The notes beneath the pieces are model-generated. The model saw only the letters and a program-made list of their open reading frames with translations, was not told the origin of the DNA and did not search any database. Positions 40,040-49,859 of a stretch of 64,000 nt of DNA are shown one piece after another; the first letter of the stretch is position 1, and every line of letters begins with the position of its first letter. This DNA comes from a virus. Position numbers and translations under genes: made by a program. Location of the stretch: the IMG/VR virus record IMGVR_UViG_3300029712_000001. The stretch is one strand, 5' to 3'.

Positions 40040-40534
40040 CTACGACCTTCTATGTCCCAATTCTTTATCTTCGAAAACTCTCTTAATCTGGAAGTCTTTA
40101 AACACCCTTCTTTTAGCAAGTATTTCATTGTACATAAATCGATATCTTCGTCCTTTATTCATTTTAACCCTTAACTTCTTTTTCAAGCTATCTTGTATTA
40201 CAAAATGGTAATATCTTTTAGAGTCTGCGAAATCCATAGCCAGGTGGTTGTAGAGGTAGCCGTTGGTGCCGAGCCTGCTCACGATGTCCAGGTCCCGCCT
40301 GACGGTAAAGCGCTGGCCCGGTATAAGCACATGGCATAAGTAGCCCACGTTATCTACGTAAACACCAGCATCAGCTTCCACATAATGCTCTGATACGGTT
40401 TTCCATATAATAGACAACAGCCTTAAAACCTCTCCTCTATCTCTTATCATGCCTTTCTTAAAACCATTCTTTCTCTTCATAAGACGATGGTAGTAGGCTG
40501 CAAAATACGGTGATTGTATTGATGTTCTTTTCAT
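40040..40534 (-). CDS. basic hypothetical protein (164 aa)
   Basis: ORF track. Confidence 0.5.
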   Translation of the reverse strand: MKRTSIQSPYFAAYYHRLMKRKNGFKKGMIRDRGEVLRLLSIIWKTVSEHYVEADAGVYVDNVGYLCHVLIPGQRFTVRRDLDIVSRLGTNGYLYNHLAMDFADSKRYYHFVIQDSLKKKLRVKMNKGRRYRFMYNEILAKRRVFKDFQIKRVFEDKELGHRRS

Positions 40535-40604
40535 GTTACCAAGTTATATAAAAATGGGTCTTGGTTTCACAACTAAGACCCAAATAAAGATAAATAATAT
40601 TTTA

Positions 40605-41309
40605 TTATTGAACAATTTGACTTTTCTGATTGGAATCAAGATTCGGATTTTCATCAATAGGAATCTGTAGCCTGAATGCTACTTCCTTTATCGTCTCTGC
40701 CACTACATACTCAATCAGCTTAATAGGGCAAATAAATTCGTATTCCCATTCAGATTCGCACCCTTTAGGTGTAGGATCGCAAGCCATTAACTCCAGCGCC
40801 TTCTTTCTTCTTGTTGTAAAGAACTCTACGTTAATAAGCTCTATATGGAAATCCGGTATATAAATATAGTCGTTTTCTACATAATAAAAAGGACGACGTT
40901 CTTTAACATATTTAGCATACGGTCTTTTCTGTTCATTGCGATACGACTTTATTTCAGCGAACTTAAAAAATATAGTGTTATCTACGTTAGTCACCTTAGT
41001 AATAGCCGGTCTAAGGGCAGAATAAAGAAGTCCTGGAAGCTTATGCTTTGAACGCATAAGTGTATTACACAACGCAAATTCGGCATCGCAGCAAACTATT
41101 TTATCAACTTCAATCATCTCCAGACAAGTAACGTAAGTTAGGAGCCGGTGGTCGCCAAGTAACGTCCCATCATCCCACCTCTGGGCCGTATAAGATTCGG
41201 CTTTAGTTCTACCGATATTCAATATCCATCTCCGACTAACATGCGAATCTTTGTCAAGGGCATGAATACCGTTTACGACTCTTGATACAAATTCACCATT
41301 AGTGATCAT
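40605..41309 (-). CDS. hypothetical protein (234 aa)
   Basis: ORF track. Overlaps the upstream gene by 4 nt. Confidence 0.55.
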   Translation of the reverse strand: MITNGEFVSRVVNGIHALDKDSHVSRRWILNIGRTKAESYTAQRWDDGTLLGDHRLLTYVTCLEMIEVDKIVCCDAEFALCNTLMRSKHKLPGLLYSALRPAITKVTNVDNTIFFKFAEIKSYRNEQKRPYAKYVKERRPFYYVENDYIYIPDFHIELINVEFFTTRRKKALELMACDPTPKGCESEWEYEFICPIKLIEYVVAETIKEVAFRLQIPIDENPNLDSNQKSQIVQ

Positions 41310-41701
41310 GCTCCCCTCCTTTCTTTTGCTCTTGATTCTCTTGATTTAGCATTCAATATCCTCATATAAATATCTCTTTCACTCATACCGGATATGGTTT
41401 TTATAGCCTCATCCAACATGACTTTCGCATATAAAGGCTTAGGGAATCCCTTTATCTTAACCGGATCAGGAACTAACTTAGCCTTACGATATTCATAAAA
41501 TCTTTTAGAAGTTACATTAAGATAAGAAACAGCCTCTTCCCCGGTATAGTACTTAGCCGGATTAGCAAGCTGCGTCCATGTCTCAAGATCGTTGGCTGTA
41601 AGATGATCGCATTCCCCGCTTAAAAACATCTCCTTTATCTTATCGCATACCGCCGCACCGCTTTTACGCAGCGTCTCTGTCAGAATTTCTTTCATTTTCA
41701 A
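41306..41701 (-). CDS. putative HTH DNA-binding protein (131 aa)
   Basis: YTGEEAVSYLNVTSKRFYEYRKAKLVP resembles excisionase/MerR-type HTH domains. The C-terminus is basic. Confidence 0.45.
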   Translation of the reverse strand: MKMKEILTETLRKSGAAVCDKIKEMFLSGECDHLTANDLETWTQLANPAKYYTGEEAVSYLNVTSKRFYEYRKAKLVPDPVKIKGFPKPLYAKVMLDEAIKTISGMSERDIYMRILNAKSRESRAKERRGA

Positions 41702-42080
41702 AACATCCTGTTTTAAACCTTAAAACAATAGAGGCAATGATTATCAGAAGAGTAACAGCCATAACAGACCACACTACGATATTGTGCTCAATAGGCATCT
41801 CAATATTAACCGTAACCCATTCTACACAGATATTAAAAATCATGCTATAGATCAATAACCTATGCCATATACAAAACCTGAACATTCTTGAAAAAGCCAA
41901 GAGAAATAGATCCCATGATATAGAATGATCTAATATCGGATACAGCCAATTAGTGATACTAAAAGGATAAAACTCATCAAAAATGCTGGCTAACATAATA
42001 ACCTGCATCAACACAGGATAATACTTCACAAACGTCACACAGACGTTCCTCTGTCCTTTGCTAATAAACTTGTTGCTCAT
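41664..42080 (-). CDS. multi-TM membrane protein (138 aa)
   Basis: Four hydrophobic segments are visible in the translation. Confidence 0.5.
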   Translation of the reverse strand: MSNKFISKGQRNVCVTFVKYYPVLMQVIMLASIFDEFYPFSITNWLYPILDHSISWDLFLLAFSRMFRFCIWHRLLIYSMIFNICVEWVTVNIEMPIEHNIVVWSVMAVTLLIIIASIVLRFKTGCFENERNSDRDAA

Positions 42081-42107
42081 AATATGTTGTTGTTATGTTA
42101 TTAAAAT

Positions 42108-42132
42108 GGGGAAGGCGATCAGCACCTTCCCC
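42108..42132 (-). terminator. 8-bp GC-rich hairpin downstream of the 40-aa basic ORF
   Basis: GGGGAAGG (42108-42115) pairs with CCTTCCCC (42125-42132). On the minus strand it is followed by ATTTTAAT. Confidence 0.55.
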
Positions 42133-42142
42133 TGGTTTTCAA

Positions 42143-42265
42143 TCACTTTTTAGTGCTCGTCTTCTTTCTTTTCATCTTACCGCCAACACTACCGCCTTGA
42201 CGCATTTTGGGTTTGTCCTTTTTATCAACTTCCCCACCCTGACGAGCTTTCTTTTTACAAGCCAT
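42143..42265 (-). CDS. unlisted 40-aa highly basic peptide
   Basis: Manual translation gives MACKKKARQGGEVDKKDKPKMRQGGSVGGKMKRKKTSTKK. It is bracketed by hairpins at 42361-42389 and 42108-42132. Confidence 0.45.
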   Translation of the reverse strand: MACKKKARQGGEVDKKDKPKMRQGGSVGGKMKRKKTSTKK

Positions 42266-42360
42266 GATACTAAAAATTTAAAATTGAATGATGTGCAATA
42301 TTAATCATTTTTATTCTAATAGACAATACTTAAAACACAATATTATAATCTAAAATATTC

Positions 42361-42389
42361 AAGGGGAGAGAACTAAATTCCCTCCCCTT
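42361..42389 (-). terminator. hairpin downstream of the 1503-aa gene
   Basis: AAGGGGAG (42361-42368) pairs with CTCCCCTT (42382-42389). Confidence 0.5.
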
Positions 42390-42394
42390 GCTAA

Positions 42395-45300
42395 TTATGC
42401 TGGATTAAGATCCATTTGAGAATAAGCGTATTTCAAAGTACCATTTTCATCACCACACTCAGCTCCATCTACGATAAAGTTGTAAGAAGCAGGAGATTCA
42501 TTATATACATTGAAAATACCACCTTTCTTGGAGATATTTTGTTTTTCATACTGCCTAACAGTAGCGGTCTTATACACTTTGCCTTCGTAAGACACGTTTA
42601 TAGTTCGTATATACCATGTAGTATCTCCATTCTCATCTCCAGAATGAACATATCCTGCCAATATACCACCCATTACAGCCCCGAAATACGAACAAGAGCT
42701 TCCGGATTGTTTTCTCTGGGTTGTTGTTCCGATGCTTATAGTAGCTCCAGATATCTCACGATAATCAGCATCCACCACCTTAATATCACAGGTGTAGATT
42801 CGGATATTTCCATTTTCATCACTAGTCCATTCGAATCCGGCAATACACTTACCGGCGCCAGGATTATAAGAAACATTATTCTTCCTATATGTAGCCCAAG
42901 AGCCGTTTTTCAATGTAATATGCGCCGGAACAGGTTTAGCCTCTGCCTTTCCTTCTTGGTTGACTGTTATGTTAACAGTCTTCCCAGACTCATTTTGCTT
43001 CAATGTCACAGTGCCACTTCTGGAAGATGAAGAGCTGTTTGCGGATGAGATTATTACAAATGAATAATCATAGCCTGACAAAACAGGACAATTTACTCCT
43101 GACGGTTTTTCTGTAACTTCTGTAACCCAACTTGGCTTAGATGATACAGTGTATCCTATCTTACTTCCATTCTTTTTACTTTTTAATTGAATACATAAAT
43201 ATGAGTTATTTGTACCTCCATTTGCATCGGCATTCCAAGTGCTTTGGTTGGTACTAAATTCGTAAGTAACTGCAACATCTTGTGTGATGCTAAGAGTAAC
43301 AGTCTTTCCAGATTCATTTTGAACAAAAACAATGTCACCAGATCTGGAAGAAGATGTTGTATTGGCAGATAATGTCACCACAGCCTTCATGCTTTCAGAT
43401 GTCTGGTCTCTGTAATCAACAGAACACCAAGAAGGTTTCGATTTAACAGAATATCCTATATATGAATCATTCTTAGTACTTATGATAACTTCTTTAATAT
43501 CCTGAGATTCTCCAGTTACAGACCTTGACTTGCTCGTTCTTCCATCATGGAACTGAAATTCATATGGAGCATATCCGCAACTTCCAATAACATACTCTTC
43601 TTTAGTATCAGAATTTCCGCAATCATCGTAACGAATAAACTTAGTTTTGGTTCCATTACATCCATTTTCTTGCCAAGAACCGTAAGATCCGCAATTACAG
43701 CAATTTCTACAACTTACAGAATATTGACGATCTATGCTACCAGAGCAACTATCACGATAAGCATTGTACTGAGTATGACCTACGCAGTCTCCTGTTCCAT
43801 AGTAAGACCAGTCAGTACAAGACTCTCCACCTCCATTAACCCATCTTGTGTCGTTATAAGAAGAAGAGCATGGATTGGTGTCACGTTGTTGCTTCTGAGA
43901 CGTACACCCGTCACAACGGGTGCTTCCGGTATCCGACCAAGAAGGTGTTGTGCTATCAGGCAAGCAATCAGCATTCTTATTAGCTACTGCCTGACCTTGG
44001 GAATTTACAGCATCTTGAGCCTTCTTATTAGCATCAGCTTGACTGATATTGGACGTAAATGGACCACCCACCTGATCTTGGGTTACGGTAACAGACGAAC
44101 CATGCTGACAGCTTCCGCAATTGTTTCTGGTGAAGACCTTACTTGCCTTACCGGTCCAGGTACAAGTTCCCTGCGCGTCAGCAAGAGCCTGTCCCTGCTG
44201 TTCGACGGCAGCCTGAGCCTTGCTATTTGCGTCTTCCTGACTTACGGTAGACGTAAAAGGACCGCCGGTTACATCATCCTGATCTATGGTAACCTTAGAT
44301 CCGACACCTCCATCAGCACACTGTTTTGTAAATTGCTTGCTATATGTTCCGGTCCAGGTACATACCTTATCTCCACCTTCTACCCAGCGTTCATCTGCTC
44401 CACCATAACATTCGTTGGTATTGACTTGCTTCTTATAAGATTTGCCTCCTTCACATTTGGTTTCAAGTGGTTCAGAATCTACCCATACAGGATCGGTGTT
44501 GTCCATTTCGCATGTCCCGTTCTTGTTAACATAAGCCTGACCTTGGGCTTCTACGGCTTCCTGAGCCAGCCTATTTGCCTCTTCCTGACTTTCATTGGAA
44601 TAGAACGGTCCGCCTACCATATCTTGTGTTACACTCATCGGAACACCATGATGACATGATCCGCAATTGTCTTTTGTAAACTGCTTGCTATATACGCCTA
44701 CAAACCTACATTTACCTTTTTGGTTAGCAATAGCCTGTCCTTGAGCTTTAACAGCTTCCTTAGCCTTATTATCAGCATCCTCTTGACTTACGAAAGAAGT
44801 AAAAGGATTGCCTTCAACATCAGCTTCACTTACCTCTACTTCTGTTCCTGAATCCGGTATTTCACAGTCGTTCTTTTGGAACGTTTCTGAGTAATGACCG
44901 GTCCAGCTACAAACTTTGTTCCCACCATCTACCCAACGTTCTTGATTGTGGGTTTCAGAACATTCGTTGGTATCATGTTGCTTTTTCTGAGACTTACCTT
45001 CATTACATCTAAGTTCTTCCGGAACAACGTCTTCCCATACAGGATCGGTGCTAAGTGGCGTACAGTTGCCGTTTTTATTAACATAGGCCTGGCCTCCTTC
45101 TTCTACGATCCTACGAGCTTCTGCGTCTGCCGCATCCTGGCTTTCTGTAGACGTAACAGGACTACCATTAACCATTTCGGCCGTAACCTCCATTTCTACA
45201 CCCTTATGGCAAGCTTCACATTCAGGAACGAATCTCTTGCTGTAATGACCGGTATAGACCGTCATATTCTCACAATTACCCTTACTGTTAGCAATAGCCT

Positions 45301-46906
45301 GTCCTTGTTCTTTGACAGCAGCTTTAGCCTTGTTATTAGCATCATCTTGACTCACGGTAGATGTGAAAGGAGCACCAACAACATCTTGTTCGGTTACAGT
45401 AATCTTAGACCCTACCTGACCTTCATTACAATCGTTTTTGGTAAATTCTTCACTGTATTTACCAGTCCACGTACAATGGCCGTCCCGGTTGGCTATGGCC
45501 TGGCCCTGCTGCTCGACGGCAGCCTGAGCGAGCGCGTTAGCCGCCTCCTGGCTTTCGTATGAAGTAAAAGGACCACCGGTTACATCATCTTGGTCTACTG
45601 TTACCTGCGAACCTACGCCTTCTCCGTCGCAATTGTCTTTTGTGAATACCTTGCTATATACACCAACAAATTGGTTTTTATCTATGCAAGTGCCTTTCTT
45701 ATTTGCAAGATCCTGTTTCTGTTCTTCCATAGCAGCCTGAGCGAGCGCGTTAGCCGCCTCCTGGCTTTCCCTTGATACAAAAGCATCCGGGTATCCAGCA
45801 AGATCCTTTTCAGTTAAATCGACAAAGCTTCCGGTCTGAGATTCAGCATCGCAATCATTTTTCTGAACACGAGCCGAAGCCTTTCCGACGAAATAATTTG
45901 GATCAGTAACGCATTCTCCATTCAGGTTTGCCTGATCCTGACCATTTTTCTCTACATCATCAAGAGCTTTCTGATCAGCATCTTCTTGACTTACGTCTGA
46001 TGTGTATTTACCGGCTTCTACCGTGTAAGTGTAAGGTGCTCCGATAAACCCATCTTCGCAGTCATTCTTATAAAATACTTTCGACTTCTCTACGTTATAC
46101 CATAAATTAGTTTCACAGGTGCCATGCTCATTAGCATACCCTGGACCTTCAGCTTCCAAGGCTTCCAAAGCCTTCTGATTAGCATCCTCCTTAGAAACAG
46201 AAGAAGAGAAACGGCCGGCTTCTACAACGTACTCTACCATAGATCCAACTTCAGTCACCTCACAATCTGTCTTTTGGAACATTTTGGATTTCCTGTCGTT
46301 GTACCATTTTATGGTATTGCAAGTGCCATGAGAATTAGCATAGTCTTGACCTTTGGCATTCAACTCGGCTTCAGCCTTACGGTCAGCATCCTCTTGGCTT
46401 ATGGAAGAAGAGAACTGCCCGGCTTCGATCGTCATCGTAACCAAACTTCCTTCTTCGGTATCAGGATCGCAGTCGTTCTTTCTAAACGACTTTGATTTCT
46501 TGACATTGTACCATAATATGGTTATACAACGACCATGCTCATTAACCCAGTTCTGACCATTTTGCTCAATGTCTCTCATAGCCTTGTCATCAGCATCAGA
46601 CTGAGATATGATAGACGTGTATTTTCCGGCCTCAACAACATACTCAAGCTCTTCCCCTTTCTCTGTTTCAGGATTACATCCTTCTTTTGTGAAAAGAGCT
46701 GACTGTCTTTTATTTCTATAAACTACCTGTTCTTTTTTTTTATGAACTAACGTATATTCTTCAGATACGCTACCGTCCCTGGAAGACACCCTTATCTTGA
46801 CACTTCTGTTGGCACCAGTATCATTTTCATCAAAGTAAATATTAACCTTACTGTTAAGACCGCCTTCTTTCTTATCTATGTTCGCCCAACAATTATCTAC
46901 TTTCAT
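42395..46906 (-). CDS. giant repeat adhesin / fibre protein (1503 aa) with 12 tandem Cys-containing modules and two C-terminal BACON-like domains
   Basis: Twelve copies of a ~71-aa module end in ...SQEDAD.KA......GQ..AN..G.C. The C-terminus carries SRSGDIVFVQNESGKTVTLSITQD and SRSGTVTLKQNESGKTVNITVNQEG, which are BACON-like. Confidence 0.8.
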   Translation of the reverse strand: MKVDNCWANIDKKEGGLNSKVNIYFDENDTGANRSVKIRVSSRDGSVSEEYTLVHKKKEQVVYRNKRQSALFTKEGCNPETEKGEELEYVVEAGKYTSIISQSDADDKAMRDIEQNGQNWVNEHGRCITILWYNVKKSKSFRKNDCDPDTEEGSLVTMTIEAGQFSSSISQEDADRKAEAELNAKGQDYANSHGTCNTIKWYNDRKSKMFQKTDCEVTEVGSMVEYVVEAGRFSSSVSKEDANQKALEALEAEGPGYANEHGTCETNLWYNVEKSKVFYKNDCEDGFIGAPYTYTVEAGKYTSDVSQEDADQKALDDVEKNGQDQANLNGECVTDPNYFVGKASARVQKNDCDAESQTGSFVDLTEKDLAGYPDAFVSRESQEAANALAQAAMEEQKQDLANKKGTCIDKNQFVGVYSKVFTKDNCDGEGVGSQVTVDQDDVTGGPFTSYESQEAANALAQAAVEQQGQAIANRDGHCTWTGKYSEEFTKNDCNEGQVGSKITVTEQDVVGAPFTSTVSQDDANNKAKAAVKEQGQAIANSKGNCENMTVYTGHYSKRFVPECEACHKGVEMEVTAEMVNGSPVTSTESQDAADAEARRIVEEGGQAYVNKNGNCTPLSTDPVWEDVVPEELRCNEGKSQKKQHDTNECSETHNQERWVDGGNKVCSWTGHYSETFQKNDCEIPDSGTEVEVSEADVEGNPFTSFVSQEDADNKAKEAVKAQGQAIANQKGKCRFVGVYSKQFTKDNCGSCHHGVPMSVTQDMVGGPFYSNESQEEANRLAQEAVEAQGQAYVNKNGTCEMDNTDPVWVDSEPLETKCEGGKSYKKQVNTNECYGGADERWVEGGDKVCTWTGTYSKQFTKQCADGGVGSKVTIDQDDVTGGPFTSTVSQEDANSKAQAAVEQQGQALADAQGTCTWTGKASKVFTRNNCGSCQHGSSVTVTQDQVGGPFTSNISQADANKKAQDAVNSQGQAVANKNADCLPDSTTPSWSDTGSTRCDGCTSQKQQRDTNPCSSSYNDTRWVNGGGESCTDWSYYGTGDCVGHTQYNAYRDSCSGSIDRQYSVSCRNCCNCGSYGSWQENGCNGTKTKFIRYDDCGNSDTKEEYVIGSCGYAPYEFQFHDGRTSKSRSVTGESQDIKEVIISTKNDSYIGYSVKSKPSWCSVDYRDQTSESMKAVVTLSANTTSSSRSGDIVFVQNESGKTVTLSITQDVAVTYEFSTNQSTWNADANGGTNNSYLCIQLKSKKNGSKIGYTVSSKPSWVTEVTEKPSGVNCPVLSGYDYSFVIISSANSSSSSRSGTVTLKQNESGKTVNITVNQEGKAEAKPVPAHITLKNGSWATYRKNNVSYNPGAGKCIAGFEWTSDENGNIRIYTCDIKVVDADYREISGATISIGTTTQRKQSGSSCSYFGAVMGGILAGYVHSGDENGDTTWYIRTINVSYEGKVYKTATVRQYEKQNISKKGGIFNVYNESPASYNFIVDGAECGDENGTLKYAYSQMDLNPA
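43900..46730 (-). repeat. in-frame tandem coding repeats (about 213-nt period) inside the 1503-aa gene
   Basis: The protein periodicity is described above. A 36-nt exact DNA repeat agcctgagcgagcgcgttagccgcctcctggctttc occurs at 45521-45556 and 45734-45769, 213 nt apart. Confidence 0.8.
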
Positions 46907-47673
46907 TCACTAACCCTCCATCTTAAATTTTTGGGAGTTGTACTTACGTTGATTACCTCAGAAGATCCATCGGAATCAAGATCAACAACATCCTTGTCCA
47001 GGTGAATTTCCTCCTTATCCACAGACTCGCATTCAACTATTTCAATAACATAATCTTTTATATTACTTTCTATACTTAACTGCGTGCTTGTTTCATCACC
47101 CTCAACCTGTTCAAATTCCTTATCCAATTTGATGTAAGGAACAACCTTTCCGGGTTGATAGATAGGAATCAGTACACCATTTATAGTTATATTCTCATTA
47201 ACTTCATCCCCATCCTCATTATCAGGCATGGAAACAATCATCGAAACCTGGAACGTGTCTTCAAGACCCGGATCACCAGGGAAACCATAATCAAGCCTAA
47301 TATCATTGACGTCAATATTAAGACTGGAAGCGGTGGTAAATGCTTTTATGACACCCTTTATATCTTTCTCACCTGTAATAAGGGCATTGATAGAAGCGGC
47401 GTTGGTAGTAATAAGGATCTGCTTGTCTCCACCAGATATAGGGAACTCCAGCCTGCTAACCGAGACTTCTGTGATCTTAATGCCTTTTTGCCTGAAAGTA
47501 ATAGCTTTCATACTTTCAGTATCGGATTTCTTCACAATTCGGATAGTGATCCTGTCTTCCCTTCCTTTCCAAGATGGAGCATCGAAATTCATTTTATCAC
47601 GACCGACACCTTCCTTCTTGTCCGAGGTAAGCCAAGAACCATCATCCATCTTATATATTCTTTCTTTGCTCAT
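46903..47673 (-). CDS. Ig/BACON-like repeat protein (256 aa)
   Basis: ATGA overlap with the 1503-aa gene. Repeated beta-rich segments, including NFDAPSWKGREDRITIRIVKK...ITFRQKG. Confidence 0.6.
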   Translation of the reverse strand: MSKERIYKMDDGSWLTSDKKEGVGRDKMNFDAPSWKGREDRITIRIVKKSDTESMKAITFRQKGIKITEVSVSRLEFPISGGDKQILITTNAASINALITGEKDIKGVIKAFTTASSLNIDVNDIRLDYGFPGDPGLEDTFQVSMIVSMPDNEDGDEVNENITINGVLIPIYQPGKVVPYIKLDKEFEQVEGDETSTQLSIESNIKDYVIEIVECESVDKEEIHLDKDVVDLDSDGSSEVINVSTTPKNLRWRVSE

Positions 47674-47688
47674 AATAACCCTCCTTTA

Positions 47689-48075
47689 TTAAAGTGTCAG
47701 TTCCCATTCAACGCCATCATCTACCACAACCTGTACCGTAGCCGTACCACCTGTGGCTTCAAATGTTATGTCAGTAGGAATAACGTCAAATATCTCTTGT
47801 ACCCCTACACATCCTAAACCACAGATAATGTCCTTAAACCATTCCTCTTTAGCATATTTTTTAAGAACCTCTTTAAAGAACTCACGAAGCCAATCTGAAT
47901 CAATAGATTCCTTAAGTATGGTTTCTATTATCTCCTTAAGCCAAGATTCGTGCATTTCCTCTTTTAGAATCTCTTTAATAAGCTCGATAATAGTTTCTTT
48001 ATCTAACTTATCAGAAGGCACAGAGCCATCAACGAGATTACCCCCGCATATAAATCCTTTGCATTTTTCTGCCAT
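47689..48075 (-). CDS. hypothetical protein with internal helical repeats and a C-terminal Ig-like segment (128 aa)
   Basis: Helical repeats KEILKEEMHESWLKEIIETILKESIDSDWLREFFKEVLKKYAKEEWFKDI, then FEATGGTATVQVVVDDGVEWELTL. Confidence 0.55.
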   Translation of the reverse strand: MAEKCKGFICGGNLVDGSVPSDKLDKETIIELIKEILKEEMHESWLKEIIETILKESIDSDWLREFFKEVLKKYAKEEWFKDIICGLGCVGVQEIFDVIPTDITFEATGGTATVQVVVDDGVEWELTL

Positions 48076-48091
48076 TTCTTATCCTCCTAAA

Positions 48092-48517
48092 TTAACAATG
48101 GAACCCATAAGAACTATTTGCCTCTTCTCGGTACACGACCCTCACTTCAGCAAATTCATCTTGTTGACACATATCCCGGCAGAACCTAACAGTACGGCCC
48201 TGGACTTTATACATATCAGAAGGTACGACACCTCCGCAATAAGATACAAGCAAAATCTCTGCCGGATCCTTCTTTAGAACCACATGAGAAGTACCGTCAA
48301 ATACTTCCGTATTGACAGATCCACTTACGTTAATAGCCCTTGAAACGTATTTAGCTAAATTAGCCAAAGCCCTGTTTAAAGGCATACCATGATACAAACC
48401 AGCTTCTTCTATAGTTTCCCCATCATAGAATATTTTAGAAGAAGGAATATCGCAATGATGCGGGCGTTCGCACCCACCATGACTGCCAAAACAACCGTTG
48501 TTACCTGTTATTGCCAT
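48092..48517 (-). CDS. Cys/His-rich small protein (141 aa)
   Basis: ORF track. Contains GCFGSHGGCERPHHCDIPS. Confidence 0.5.
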   Translation of the reverse strand: MAITGNNGCFGSHGGCERPHHCDIPSSKIFYDGETIEEAGLYHGMPLNRALANLAKYVSRAINVSGSVNTEVFDGTSHVVLKKDPAEILLVSYCGGVVPSDMYKVQGRTVRFCRDMCQQDEFAEVRVVYREEANSSYGFHC

Positions 48518-48806
48518 TATTGCTTAAAATATTTATTTTTTGTTTTAAAAATTCTATTTCCCCATCCTGATATTCCATACGGCATATCATTGCATTGATT
48601 AAAGCCGTAAGATCAGATTTCTGAGCCAGACTGAAGTAGCCAGCGTTAATGCCGTCAGCGCAGTACACGCAGTTCGTGCAGGTGTATCCGTCCGGGCATG
48701 GCACCGGCGTTTCGTCCACATGTGGAACATATACGTGTTTACCACTTAAGTCCTTACCAATTTGTGCACTCTTTTCCATTTTGAAGTTGTTTTTCAAGTT
48801 GTTCAA
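48501..48806 (-). CDS. Cys-rich small protein with a C-terminal coiled coil (101 aa)
   Basis: PCPDGYTCTNCVYCADG, followed by EIEFLKQKINIL. Confidence 0.5.
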   Translation of the reverse strand: MNNLKNNFKMEKSAQIGKDLSGKHVYVPHVDETPVPCPDGYTCTNCVYCADGINAGYFSLAQKSDLTALINAMICRMEYQDGEIEFLKQKINILSNNGNNR

Positions 48807-49173
48807 CCCTTTGTTTTAGAAGCGTATTTTCTTCAACTATCCTATCCAAAAACTTATCTATGTTTTCAAAAACCAGTTCTATATTATGCATAACCTCATT
48901 ATAAGGCATACCTGGAGTTAATTTGGATATGAATGTCTTGCATCCTGTATAATGAATGCAATGATCGCTTAAATGACCATACGGGCAATCGCATTCTTTT
49001 GGAAGAATCTCGCAATTGTCCGTACAGTCATTACATGGATCAGACCCGATACAAATATTAGATCTCAGAATATCAGGTCTGTCATCTTTACAAGTGTTAC
49101 ATGAGTTCATGACTTTCTTTTTTTTTGGTGCAAGATAATAATTTTCATTCACACCATCACAATGAGAAGTCAA
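48754..49173 (-). CDS. Cys-rich small protein with a C-terminal coiled coil (139 aa)
   Basis: CNTCKDD...CNDCTDNCEILPKECDCPYGHLSDHCIHYTGC, followed by LLKQRVEQLEKQLQ. Confidence 0.5.
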   Translation of the reverse strand: MTSHCDGVNENYYLAPKKKKVMNSCNTCKDDRPDILRSNICIGSDPCNDCTDNCEILPKECDCPYGHLSDHCIHYTGCKTFISKLTPGMPYNEVMHNIELVFENIDKFLDRIVEENTLLKQRVEQLEKQLQNGKECTNW

Positions 49174-49859
49174 TCAATGTATTCTATGTTATTATTCGCA
49201 TTTTTTTTCTTTTTAAGCCTGTATTCTTTTCCGTACTTTTTTTGACACTCTTTGCACATATACTGATAGCCATGACCCTTTATGTAATAAAATTCAGATA
49301 CAGATTTCACCTCGTTGCATGCATTACATTTTTTTGCAGTCCTATCTCTCTTATAAGGCAATATCCCATTATCGTTCCAGTCCGATAAAGCTTTGTCGTA
49401 TGCATTTCTTGCATCTTCAACATCACAAAACACACCTAAATGATATTGTATCTTATTTATCTGAATGCAAGCACCATATTTATTTATCTTCTCAAAGTAA
49501 TGCACTCCCCTTCCGTATTTTGAAACCTTTGACCTACATATATTCTCTCTATTTGTGAGTTTTCTTAAATTACTAAGATTATTATTTAACTTATTATTGT
49601 CTATATGATCTATTACCAAATCATCTTTTACCTTACCATTAAAAGACTCATATACTATCCTATGCACCCTCATTTTGCTCTTTCCACTCTTAACACTTGA
49701 AAGCGTCACCTCCTCGTAACCATATATATTAATACGAGTCTTCATTACAGTTCCTTTTTTAATATTGAAAATAATACCAGTATCACTTACTGCATATATA
49801 CCTTCATACCCAACAACATTAATGACATTCATATAGCATTTATCGTATTTATACGGCAA
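49170..49859 (-). CDS. HNH homing endonuclease with NUMOD4-like, HNH_3, AP2 and zinc-ribbon modules
   Basis: GYEGIYAVSDTG is NUMOD4-like. VHRIVYESF...VIDHIDNNKLNNNLSNLRKLTNRENI is the HNH motif. GVHYFEKINKYGACIQINKIQYHLGVFCDVEDARNAYDKA is AP2. CNACNE...CKECQKK is a zinc ribbon. The ATG start is probably at 49832. Confidence 0.85.
   Translation of the reverse strand: MPYKYDKCYMNVINVVGYEGIYAVSDTGIIFNIKKGTVMKTRINIYGYEEVTLSSVKSGKSKMRVHRIVYESFNGKVKDDLVIDHIDNNKLNNNLSNLRKLTNRENICRSKVSKYGRGVHYFEKINKYGACIQINKIQYHLGVFCDVEDARNAYDKALSDWNDNGILPYKRDRTAKKCNACNEVKSVSEFYYIKGHGYQYMCKECQKKYGKEYRLKKKKNANNNIEYID

Noticed and set aside
42416-45775. Long plus-strand ORFs from the track (42416..43030, 43547..44659 at 370 aa, 44894..45562, 45590..45775) lying opposite the 1503-aa gene
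   Set aside because: They lie entirely antisense to a much longer, repeat-structured minus-strand ORF. Their translations are low-complexity (Ile/Leu/Ser/Phe/Thr-rich) with no motifs. They are shadow ORFs produced by the codon bias of the real gene. The same reasoning applies to the other plus-strand track ORFs, such as 547..1107, 1766..2341, 2331..2840, 8564..8959, 17745..18308, 20753..21229, 25543..25968, 31429..31866, 47155..47817, 56354..56887 and 61962..62966.
43900-46730. Periodic DNA repeats that could be mistaken for a CRISPR array or satellite. The same applies to 61400-62800.
   Set aside because: The period is about 200 nt and in frame. The repeats are diverged at the DNA level and translate into protein modules, and there are no short identical direct repeats separated by unique spacers. 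These are coding tandem repeats.
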